DNA of 64,000 nucleotides from Callorhinchus milii (lineage: Eukaryota): the NCBI RefSeq assembly GCF_018977255.1, contig NW_024704742.1, forward strand, positions 128,094,001-128,158,000, in the 5' to 3' direction. The position numbers were made by a program, and so were the translations under genes. The notes under the pieces were generated by a model. That model was not told the origin of the DNA. It ran no database searches and worked only from the letters and a program-made list of their open reading frames with translations. Within the stretch, counting starts at the first letter, position 1; each line of letters begins with the position of its first letter. Below, piece after piece: positions 49,430-60,310 of this stretch.

Positions 49430-50200
49430 ACTTTCTGCTTCCACTGTTCCCTAGGGAACCTGTTCCATATGTTAACTACTTGCTCACTGAAATAGTGTTT
49501 CCACAGATTTAATTTTAAATTATCCCCCTTCAGCCGCAGGCCATGTCCTCTGGTTCTACTGTTTTGGACAAGATAATAATAATAATCATAATTCTTGGCA
49601 TTTGATATTGCGCTTTATCACATCTTCAAGACGTCTCAAAGTGCTTCATAGAATATACTGTAAAGTGAATTGACTCTGTATTTTGTGGGCGAAACCCAGC
49701 AGCCAATTGCATACAGCACAAACAGTTGTGGATTGAGTCACCAAATTATTAATTTTATTTAAGGAAATATTATCTCTGAAAAAACGATCTGCCAATCGTC
49801 TATCAACCAGATTCCTACTTACTGCTAGATAAACAGAGGAGTGTGGAGTAGGGAAACTTGCCCAACGTTTTGCCTTGCTGGGAATCAAACCCAGGTCTTC
49901 TCGCTTGCGAGGCAAGTGGAATAACCACTGAGCTACAGAACTCCAAAATAAAACGGCTTTTCATGATCTACATTATCCAGTCCCTTTAGAATCTCAAAAA
50001 ACACAATCATATTGCCTCCTAACCTTTGTTTTTCTATCATGAATATGTCCAGTTTACTTAATTATTCCTCATAGTCCAGTCCATCCATCCCCTCAATCAT
50101 TCTGGTTGCCCTCTTCTGTATTCGCTCAATCGCTACAATATCCTTTCTGTACTGCAGCGAACAGAACTGCACACATGTTGGCATTTTAAGACTGAATATG
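49430..50200 (-). mobile_element. old CR1 3' fragment interrupted by a SINE
   Basis: CVQFCSLQYRKDIVAIERIQKRATRMIEGMDGLDYEE; TRGH..KGDNLKLN...FSEQVVNIWN on the far side of the SINE. Confidence 0.85.
49573..49944 (-). mobile_element. tRNA-SINE (long subfamily)
   Basis: Head, then ttgggcaagtttccc..ctgtttatctagcagtaagtaggaatc, then 3' module. Confidence 0.9.
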
Positions 50201-50460
50201 CCATTGAAAAGATACATATTTACCCCCAAATATATTTTTATAGCCCTCATCACATCGAAACACTTCCAGTTGCTTCATTAGCAAATACCACCAATTATTG
50301 GTTTAATAGTCAAGTGAAAAAGCCATTTGTATCAGCAAGGTAATAATAGTCATTTGATATAGTGGGTCATCATGTTGTTGAAATGTCACAATATTTTTTT
50401 AACGGTATCGTACAGTGACTGTGTATTTTGTGGGGGACCCAGGAGCCAACTTGCCTCCCA

Positions 50461-50792
50461 AATAATAATAATAATAATAATAATCCTTGCATTTGATATA
50501 GCGCTTTTCACGTCGGGAGGACGTTCCAAAGCGCTTCACAGAACAAACTGTAAAGTGAATTGACTGTATATTTGTGGGCGAACGCGGCAGCCAATTGCGC
50601 ACAGCAATGTCCCACAAACAGTCGTAGATTGAAAATGACCAATTTATTATTGTTTTTGTTTTTGGAGGGATTATTATTAGGCTCTGTGTGGAGTAAGGAA
50701 ACTTGCCCAAGGTTTCGCCCTCTGCCTGGAATTGAACTCAGGTTTCTCGCTTGCAAAGCGAGTGCTCTAACCCCTGAGCTACAGGACTCCAC
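50461..50792 (-). mobile_element. full-length young tRNA-SINE (short subfamily), nested in an older SINE
   Basis: Nearly identical to 39046-39367; the track translations are almost identical. Confidence 0.95.
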
Positions 50793-51299
50793 AATGGCAA
50801 GAGATGAATAACCAGTTAATCAGGAACGATTTGTCCAGTACATTGGGAGAAATTCCCTTTTCTTTTTGAGTTACTGCATTTTCCCCACATTTTCCCCACA
50901 AATTTCCTACTGTAATCTATCTGCAAATCAGCACATTGTATTTATATAAAACATTATTAACTCTAATTAATCTATGCTAGGGAGAGCAGATTAGGAGGGT
51001 GACAGGTCATGAACACCAGCGTGGACTAATTGGGTCAAATGGCTTGTTTTGGTGCTGTAGATTCTATATAATTATATCTAATATGTAACTCATATTTTTT
51101 TTAGACATATGAGCTGCTTTATACAAAGCTGGTCACAGTGTGATTAAACGTTATTTTTAAGATTAGAATTTTGAAGTATAATTAAAATATGAGATTCTTT
51201 TATAAATCCTCCCGGTGTTAAGTGCTCTGAGAATCTACCCTGAGTGGAGAGCGCTGTATAAGTGCAAGTTTTTGTTATTTAAGAAATGCAGATAATAAT

Positions 51300-51490
51300 A
51301 AACTGTTCACCAGGATATCTGGAGAAACTCTGTTCGTTGTTCGAATAGTGCCATGGGATCTCTAAAACATTCACTGTACTGTAGAGTACATCGTTTGGAG
51401 CACTTTTTGCATCTTCAAGTGACTGTAATTTGCTCACAGCAATATCCCACAAACGATCAAAGTTTCTCCAGATATCCTGGTGAACAGTTT
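51300..51490. repeat. perfect 30-bp inverted repeat (51300-51329 and 51461-51490)
   Basis: AAACTGTTCACCAGGATATCTGGAGAAACT versus AGTTTCTCCAGATATCCTGGTGAACAGTTT. Confidence 0.95.
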
Positions 51491-51833
51491 CCCAGATTAA
51501 ATTGGCTATTCACTTTGTGGCTGTTTGTGGGACATTGCTGAGCACAAATTGGCTGCCGCATTTGCCATCAAATTCAGTCATCACAATTTACAATAAGATC
51601 CTGTGAATCTATTTGAGATATTTTGATGGTGTGATAAGGCACTATATCAAATGCAAGGATTGTTACTGAAAACATCCCAGTTTTTACCTTATTGCTTTGT
51701 AAGAACCAGTTGATTTGAATTGGATGCAACATTACCAGGCTTTGATGATTTAGGAAGATGACAGGTTTTCTTCCACTAAAATAGCAAACTAGAAAAATAT
51801 GTTTTTTTTAAATCAACTTCAATGAACTGGAGG

Positions 51834-52872
51834 TGTGTGAAATGTGCTTGTGCAATGTAAAATTCACAGAGACTGTGAAACTTCCTGTGTTGTATGGAAT
51901 TGATGAAATGCTACAACAGTTGTCACAGCCAAGGATAAAAAGATGTGTAGAAAGTTACAGAGCTACCGACCACTTAGTACTGGCTCTGGCCTCCTGCATG
52001 TCCCGCATATCCGTCGTGCCCTCCGTTCCACAAACTCTGGAACACTCTTCCTCTATCCCTCTGCCTTGCCCCTTTCTTCCCCATCTTCAGATCACGCCTG
52101 AAGACCTTCCTCTTCGAACATCCTAGTGTCACCTCCCCCTGGCTCGGCCTTTTGCTCTGCCTTGTCATGTGCTCTGGGACACTACTCTCCTGTGTGAGGG
52201 ACACTATATAAATACAAGTTGTTGTTATTTTTAAACCACATCTAATAATAATTAAATAATAATCCTTGCATTAATATAGCGCCTTAACAAGTCGTTGAGA
52301 AGTCCAAGGCGTGTCACAGGATTTTACCGTAAGAGGTAGTGACTGTATATTTTGTAGATGAACCCGATAGCCAACTTGCGCACAGCAATGTCCCACAAAC
52401 AACCATGAAGTGAATGATCGTCTTTCTAATGTGAAGTGCGTATACAATTGTACAGTTGATCAATTGTATCTGTGGTATTGAGGCCAGGACTTAGCTCCAA
52501 CCTAAAGGTTGGTTCAGTTGGGTTTATGTGTAAAAATCATACGATCCATAAGTCGTGTCCTTTCTTTAATTTATTTATATGCATGTTTTGTTCAGTACGT
52601 TTGCTGCACATTTGGGAAATAAGTCAATAATTCAGATAATAATAATTAATAAAATTCCTTGCATTTAATATAGTGCTTTTCACATGGGAGGGGGGCAGAA
52701 AAGATGTCTCAAAGGAAAACATTCAGTGATCATCAATAGCTCTGACGCTCTAAATATCTACTTTTTAACCTCAACTCTGATGACTGTTGTAGCATATTCT
52801 TTAAACCCACACATCACAAGAGGAATTTCACAGTCTCTGTGAACCTCATGATGCACAGGCACATTTCACAGA
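51834..52872. repeat. diverged ~130-bp inverted pair (51834-51966 and 52737-52872)
   Basis: tgtgaaatgtgc.tgtgca..ttcacagagactgtgaaa..atgctacaacagt..aaaaag..cagagcta shared in opposite orientations. Confidence 0.85.
51985..52228 (+). mobile_element. L2 3' end fragment
   Basis: ctctggaacact..ctgaagaccttcctcttc..ctatataaatacaagttgttgtt. Confidence 0.8.
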
Positions 52873-53227
52873 AATTACTGTAAAGTATAGTGATTCTATT
52901 CGTTGTCAAATGGGGCAGCCAACTTATGCACAGCAGTGTTCCACAAACATTGTGTTAATGATCAATTTTATTTGCAGGAGTGTTGGCCAGGACACCGGGA
53001 GAAACTTCTCTTTTCGAATACTGCTATGGGATCTTTAATATCCATCTGAACAGGCAAACAAGACCTTAATTTAAAGTCTCAGCTGTAGGACGGCACTTCC
53101 AGCGATGCAGCACACCCCCAGCACTACCCTGGAGTGTCGGCCGAGACAATAAGTTTAAAAATCCTCACATGAGGCATGAACCCACAACCTTCTGACTCAG
53201 AGCCGAGAGCATTACCGACTGAGCCAC
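52625..53227 (-). mobile_element. DeuSINE with an insertion at about 52714-52862
   Basis: Tail, Deu domain (atgggatctttaatatcca.ctgaacaggca..gacggcacttcc) and head (ccttctgactcagag..taccgactgagcca). Confidence 0.85.
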
Positions 53228-53655
53228 GCTCCCGCACATTGCTGTAATGCAGCACTGTTATAATGCACCTCATTACAGTGTGAATTTGGTTACAGTGTGG
53301 TTGTTCTGTGGTCCCCATTCACTGTGCAGGTGTGCAGTCAGCAAGAAAACAGAAAGTGGTGTTGGCAATGACCCAATGACCCAGAACCTGTCCCTTTCTT
53401 TCAACATGGTCGGCCTATGGGAACTGTATCTGTCGGCTGCACGCACTCAAACCCATTATTCCCCCTCGGTATAGGTTGGAATTATAACAATATAACAGTG
53501 CATTATAACAAGACTCAACTATATTTGTAAATGTAGATACGCAGGATTGAAATATTGAACACTGCCAATTGCTGGTGTGTCCCAGTGACTGTTGGTTTGT
53601 CCACACTGAACTCGATCTCCTCCTGGTCATTTCAGAGCAGAGTCTCCACCAGTCA

Positions 53656-53982
53656 GTAACAATAATTCTTGCATTTGATATAGAGCCTATCATGTCTTCA
53701 AGATGTCTCAAAGAGCTTCACAAATATATTGCGAAGTGGATTGACTGTAATTTGTGGGCAAAACGCGGCAGCCAATTGCACAGTCGTGGATTGAGTGACC
53801 AATTTTTTTTGACGGAAAGCAATCCGCCAATCGACTAACAACCGGGTTCCTACTTACTGCTAGGTAAACAGGTATGTGGAGTAAGAAAACTAGCCTAAGG
53901 TTTCGGCCCGCCTTGGAATCGAACCCAGGTTCTCTCGCTTGCGAGGCGAGTGCACTAACCACCACGCTACACAGGACTCCAC
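53656..53982 (-). mobile_element. tRNA-SINE (long subfamily)
   Basis: gtggagtcctgt..ctcgcctcgcaagcgag..gggttcgattcc..tgtttacctagcagtaagtaggaacc. Confidence 0.92.
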
Positions 53983-55004
53983 AGTATCAGTCACATCCAC
54001 AGACTTAAGATAGCTGATAGTAAAAACCGTAGATTGAGGCCAGTGAGAGAATAAATTTTACGTTGCTTCCTCCGACAGCAGTTTTTTGAATAAATTTACT
54101 GCCCAAAATATTTATGATTAAAACTCTTTGTGATCTGGCGTGATAGGAAACTGCAATGAGCTGGTGGGAGAAACCACTCTCCAGAGGTTGGGAGGGGTGT
54201 TCAATCCCAACTAGCCATTTAGTATCGGACACAAATTCTACCCGTGCAATAATTGTCAGTTGTCACTGGTGAGAATTATCATTATCACTTATCACGATCT
54301 TCCGTGTTGACCGAACCACGATAAAGGGAGATCTCGTTCTGCCTCAAAAATAGCAGTTCGACAAATATGCTATGCCCCTGTTCCAGCCATTCTCACTCCC
54401 TAGCAAAGATTGAGAACAAGCCTATTTTAGCTGAATTTAGAATTATTTGCACCTTTCCTGGTTTTCTCCCTCTCTTGCCAGAGAAATGGGACATTTCCAG
54501 TTTCATTACAATTCCACAATGGGAAGAAATTTTTATTTAGTCATAATTTCAAGTCAGTAATTGTGAATTATTTATGCACATATGGGATTAATTTAAGCTT
54601 GGGTTAATGTGTCTTTAACTGCACGCTCACATCAGCTCTGGGAAGGAGGAGGGGTTGGGTCACAGAAAGGACACGGTGAAACTATTTTGTTTCATAAACC
54701 TTGAATCATTAAAATGATGTACACTGATTTACCTCACACAAGCCTGTCAGAACTGGCAGCACTCAGGGATGTGATGTTGGAAGCTGCCTGCTATAAAGTG
54801 GAGCAGTTCAGTCACAGTGGTCCTTTCATTCAATTTCTTCTTAACTTTTAAGAAAAGCATTATATTCCCGCTCACTTTGTCACTCAGTGCCTGATCACAG
54901 CTTAGAGTTTTTAGCTTGTTCTGGTACAAAGCTAGCATTGCAATTGTTTCTTGTTCAAGTACCTTTTCCTTTTCAATATGCCATAATCTTTTGCATTATT
55001 ATAC

Positions 55005-55370
55005 CAATAGTAATCTTTGTATTTGATATTGCGCCTTATTACATCTTAGAGACGTCTCAAAGTGCTTCACAGAATTATACTGTAAAGTGAATTGACCATA
55101 CTTTGTGGGCGAAACACAGCAGCCAATTGCATACAGCAGTGTCCCACAAATAGTCGTGGATTGAAGTGACCAATATATTATTTTTTTAAGGATTTATTAC
55201 CCCTGGAAAAGCGATTCGCCAATCGACTAACAACTGGGTTCCTATTTACTGCTAGGTAAACAGAGGCGTGTGGAGTAAGGAAACTTGCCTACCATTTCGC
55301 CCTGCCGGGAATCGAACCCAGGTCTCTCGCTTGCGAGGTGAGCGCTCTAACCACTGAGCTACAAGACTCC
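55005..55370 (-). mobile_element. tRNA-SINE (long subfamily), full length
   Basis: tagctcagtggttagagc..gggttcgattcccggcagggcg..gcaagtttccttactccacacgcctctgtttacctagcagtaa. Confidence 0.93.
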
Positions 55371-55793
55371 AATTTTATGCCATATTGTCTCCCGTCAAAT
55401 ACATAACTAATTCCATTTTAAATGTTATCATGCTCTCAGCTTTAATGGCCACTTGTGGCAAAGTATTGCATGCTCTAATAACTGTCTGTGTGAAAAGAAT
55501 TCTGATACCTTGCTCCTAACTCTGCATGTGACAATCCTGATCTCATGCCCCCTTGTTAACAACTCAAACGACCAGTGGGAATAATCTTTCACTGCTTATT
55601 ACTTCAAAACCTGTCAGAATTTTCACATCCTTTCCTATTCCAATGAAACAGCCCCAATCTTCTCATAACTATAATCGCCTCACTCCTGGTATCCCTTCCT
55701 TTGCAATTTCCTGCATAATACCCTTGTTAGGAGATGAACCAGGCATCAGACTTGAAGGCAACAGAGAGTGAGAGAGAGATATTACCAATAGGG

Positions 55794-56184
55794 TGTCAGC
55801 CTGGCTCAACTGGTAACAATCCTGCCTCTGAGTTAGAAGGGCTATGCGTTCAAGCCCCACATCAGATCTTTGAACTCACAATCTAGGCTGACACTCAAAG
55901 GACAGTGCTGGAGGAACGCTGCATTTTTGGAGGTTTTGTACTTCGGGTGTAACTTTAACTGACATCTCGTCTTTCTGTTCAAGTGGATTTTTAAGATTCT
56001 GTGGCACTATTCCAAAAGAAAAGGCAGTTTCTTCAAGTGTCTTGGCCAAAACTCCCCTAGATACAATTGGGCATTCACTTCAAAGCTATTTGTGGGACAT
56101 TGCAGTTTGCCAATTGTTTGACATGTTTGCCTACAAAATACACTTTCCCCAAAAAATAGTGAGATGTGGAAGATTTTATATCAA
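55794..56184 (+). mobile_element. DeuSINE whose last bases (aaatgcaaggatt, from 58114) are displaced by the CR1 insertion
   Basis: gtcagcctggctcaactggtaac head and Deu domain; tail broken at tatatc|aaatgc. Confidence 0.82.
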
Positions 56185-58113
56185 AACTAAAAACCTCATT
56201 AAGAGCGGGAAAAAGGAGTTTGACGGTAAGCTTGCTAGGAACATTCAGTCTGATTGTAAAAGTTTTTACAAATATATTAAGAGGAATAGGCTATTGAGGG
56301 TAAATGTAGGTCCACTTCAGTCAGAGACGGGAGAAGTTGTAATGGGGGATAAGGACATCGCAGAGTCCCTAAATGGGTACTTTGCATCTGTCTTCACCCT
56401 AGAAAACACAACAAGTCTGCCAACAATAGAGATGCACCAAAGGGATAAGGACAGGGAGCAACTTAGGGAAATTTTCATTAGTAGAGAATTGGTGCTAGGG
56501 AAACTGTTAGCACTAAAAAGTGACAAATCCCCTGGTCCGGATGGCTTGCATCCCAAGGTTTTAAAAGAGGTAGCTTATGAGATAGTGGAGGCCTTATGTC
56601 TGATCTTCCAAAATTCCTTGGATTCTGGAACAGTCCCCATGGATTGGAAGATCGCAAATGTCACACCACTATTTAAAAAAGGTGGAAAGGAAAAGATGGG
56701 GAACTATAGGCCAGTTAGTCTCACATCAGTGATAGGAAAAATTTTAGAATCATTGATTAAGGATATGGTAATGTGATATTTAGGGGAGCACAATATAATT
56801 AGGCCAAGTCAACATGGCTTTACAAAAGGGAAGTCATGTTTGACAAATCTCATAGAGTTTTTTGAGGATATTTCCAGTAAACTAGATAAGGGTGAATCAG
56901 TGGATGTGGTCTATTTGGACTTCCAGAAGGCATTCGATAAGGTGCCACATAAAAGGTTAGTCCAAAAGATAAGGGCCCATGGAATTGGGGGAGCATATTA
57001 ACGTGGATTGGGGAATAGTTAACGGGTAGGAAACAAAGAGTAGGGATAAACGGGTCCTTTTCAGATTGGCGGGATGTGACTAGTGGAGTGCCACAAGGAT
57101 CAGTCCTTGGGCCTCAGCTATTTACCATCTACATCAACGATCTAGATGAGGACATTGAAGTTAATATATCTAAATTCGCGGATGACACAAAACTAGGAGG
57201 AAGTGTCAACACAGAGGACGACATTAAAAAAATGCAGCGAGACATAGATAGGTTAGGTGATTGGGCAGGTAGGTGGCAGACGAAGTATAATGTAGGGAAG
57301 TGCGAAGTCATCCACCTAGGTAGCAAAAACAGTAGAGCGGGTTTTTTTTTAGAAGGGGAGAGATTGGAATGTGTTAGTGTCCAGAGGGACTTGGGTGTCT
57401 TTGTACACCAATCACAGAAAGTTAGTCTGCAGGTGCAGCAGCAATTAGGAAGGCGAACGGTATGTTAGCATTCATTATGAAAGGATTAGAGTATAAGAGT
57501 AGGGAAGTCTTGCTGCAACTGTATAGGGCCTTGGTGAGACCACACCTGGAATACTGTGTGCAGTTTTCGTCTCCTTATTTAAGGAAGGATGTACTTGCCT
57601 TGGAGGGGTTGCAGCGTAGATTTACTAGGTTAGTACCAGGGATGAAGGGGATGAGTTACGAGGATAGGCTGACCAATTTGAGCCTATATTGTCTAGAATA
57701 TAGAAGAATTAGAGGGGAACTTACAGAAACCTATAAGATCATCAAAGGGCATGATAGAGTAGATAGTGGGAGATTGTTTCCCCTGGTTCGAGAAACTAAA
57801 ACCAGGGGTCACAACCTTAAAATCAGAGGCCAGCCCTTTCGCACTGAGTTGAAGAAGAACTTCTTCACTCAAAGGGTGGTGAATTTATGGAACTCACTAC
57901 CCCAAAGGGCTGCTGATGCTCAGTCCTTGAACATATTCAAGACTGAGATAGATAGGTTTCTTATTGCAAAAGGGATTAAGGGATATGGGGATAAGGCAGG
58001 GTTATGGTATTAGCTGGAGTTAGATTAGAAGATCAGCCATGATTGAATGGCGGGGCAGGCTCGAAGGGCCGAATGGCCTACTCCTGCTCCTACATGTTAT
58101 GTTATGTTATGTT
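56185..58113 (+). mobile_element. CR1 LINE, 5'-truncated ~1.9 kb (linker, RT, C-terminus, 3'UTR, (TATGT)n tail); stops and frameshifts
   Basis: KSPGPDGLHPKVLKE, NYRPVSLTS, LDFQKAFDKV, SGVPQGSVLGP, FADDTKLGG, LVRPHLEYCVQF, TRGH, FFTQRVVNLWNSLP. Confidence 0.97.
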
Positions 58114-59814
58114 AAATGCAAGGATTGTTGTTATTATTATAATTCTTCTCTGTAGAATACTATATATTAATATAGAGCCTTTCAAGTCAAACGGAAATTT
58201 CAATGTGCTTAAGTGGTCTGTAACACACCGTCCTGCCCAGAGTCTATTGCCAATCCTTCTCTGTGATAGACTGTTTTGGGAACGTGATCTATATTGCCTT
58301 CCCTCAGTATGTGGTGAACGAGGCGCTTCCTATTACACTGTAGCCGAATGAGATGGTAATGCACTTTCCCTCTGTTCCAGTCCTCCTTAAGAAAGCTTAG
58401 CACCAAATTCAGTCACTGGATAGATTGATATTCCATTCAAACATTAGAATTATCAGCTGGAATGGAATTACATTTGGGGGTAATTGCCTAAAACCTGCTG
58501 TCATAGTCCACACTGGAGAGTAATATCCAGAGGATCTGATATTGAAATTGGGAAACAGCTTCCACTGACTAATAGTGCTATTTGTGTCAGTGCAAATCAA
58601 GCTTGCAAGCAGTACAGATGCAAACTCGGTTGTAGCTCACCGTTCTGCCCAGCATCATGAGCCGAGTGTAAAATGTTTGCAATTCCTTTCTGTTTCACCT
58701 TTAAACACTGCGTTTCCCAGTAAATCCTGTGAAGCGCTTCGAGACATCCTCTCGACATGAAAGGCGCTGCATTAAATGGGAGCATTATCAAATGCAAGGA
58801 TTAAAATCATTTGCCTTTTGCAAAATCAAGAACAACTTACACTTATACAGCGCCTTTCACGTAGAACAAAGATTCAAAGCAAATCTTCCTCTTACTAAGG
58901 CAAGAGCTGAGACATGCATATTTGCCCAAATGCACAGTCACAACACTTTACAGTAGATCCTGTGAAGTCTTTTGAGAATTCTTATGATATTATAAGGTGC
59001 TATATCAAATGCAAGGATTATTATATTAATACTAACAAAGGTGATTCTGAGCTGCCATCTTACGGTGATGGTCAGAATGGAGGGATATTGAAGCCTGCCC
59101 GTCTGTAGAACGAGTAATTCAGTGTTGCAGAAGATATTATGGACTACAGGAAGGAAATATGTTCATGGGGGAGCTCAGTGTTGCAGTGTCGCATTTCGCC
59201 AACAAAATGTAAAGTTAATTCACTTTTCAGTATATTCTGTGAAGCGCTTTGAGGCATCTCGAAGATGTAATAAGGGGCTATATTAAATGCAAGGATTAGT
59301 ATTATTCTTGTTGGGTTGTGGCTGGTGTGTTACAGATATTGCTGTGTCTGTAGCTCCTGGCACACGACCTGGAGACCACCATTTAACAGCAGAGAGCAGG
59401 CAGACCTGGTGATGACTCTCACAGTCTGCACCCACAACAGAGTGAGAGCCTTGAGGTCAGTTCAAAATCCTGCACTAGGCATGCCTCATCACGAGGAAAC
59501 TCTGCAATCACAGCCTGCTCAAACTAAGGCAATGAGAGTGGAAACACAACCAAACAGGGACCTTGGGGCAACACATTCACGCTCTTCAAAGCTGCACACA
59601 GAAGCCACCAGTGTCAGGCATGGATCACTTTACACTGGAGGTTGTGGACCAGTGGAAAAGTTTGATGAGGGAAGCAAAAATGAAAGAACTGGTGTCATCC
59701 TTGTTGTTCTTCTCTACACTGTCTCTCAGGTCTGGACTTTATGTTGCGATGACCAGAGCTATATGGGGTGCTCTAGTTGCACCCTGAACAGGACCTATAT
59801 AGCTTGAAACAAAA

Positions 59815-59950
59815 GGCAAAGTACAGCAGATGCTAGAAACCTGGTATAAACACAGAAGTTCCTGGGAACACACAGCAGGTCAGGCAGAATCCATGGAGAG
59901 AGGAAAATGAGTTAACGTTTCAGCTCAATGAGCTTTTGTCAGAACTGGGG
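59815..59950 (-). mobile_element. Penelope-like element terminal fragment
   Basis: Minus: hammerhead fold followed by cctctctccatggattctgcctgacctgctg..cccagg..ttctgtgttta..caggtttctagcatctgc, which resembles Penelope-type ends I recall from cartilaginous fish (not database-checked). Confidence 0.65.
59910..59946 (-). ncRNA. minimal type I hammerhead ribozyme motif (one core substitution)
   Basis: AGTT-CTGACAA-A-AGCTC-ATT-GAGCT-GAAA-CG-TT-AACT: stem I AGTT/AACT, stem II AGCTC/GAGCT, palindromic ACGT stem III; CUGANGA core has G8 changed to A. Confidence 0.7.
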
Positions 59951-60139
59951 GAATGTTGGAAGGGAGCAGATTATTATTATAAATTCAAGCAGAGAAGGGG
60001 GTGGGGAAAAAAGACAAAGGAAACATTTTTAAATGGAAGACAGAAGATGATGAAATTGTGCACTGTTTAGCTTGAGCATGACACCCGGACAGTGTGAACT
60101 CAACTGATTTAGCAATATAGTCCAACATGAAAGCCATTG

Positions 60140-60310
60140 TATAAATGAAACTTGACCTGAGTTTGAATCCAGTTCAGACAGATAGTATTCTGGATTCCTC
60201 TTTCTGACAGGCAGTAAGTTTCCTAATTAAAAGCCATCTTAGTCCAATTCCTATACATCCACATCACTGAGCTGCCCATAATTCAGCACATTTCTTGATG
60301 TAGCCTGAGT
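60140..60310 (+). mobile_element. LF-SINE-like fragment
   Basis: gagtttgaatccagttcagac..tcttagtccaattccta..ccacatcac..ctgcccataattcagcac follows the order of LF-SINE segments as I recall them (B box, CTCAGTCCAGTTCCTAG, CCACATCAC, AATTGGCAC). Confidence 0.5.

Noticed and set aside
56042..58013. Functional reverse transcriptase gene
   Set aside because: 5'-truncated CR1 with stops and frameshifts; the ORF start comes from SINE sequence.
58250..58351. VCGERGASYYT resembles the insulin B-chain VCGERGFFYT
   Set aside because: Cys spacing does not fit C-x11-CG, there is no signal peptide or A chain, a stop follows, and the ORF begins in a CR1 3'UTR; treated as chance.
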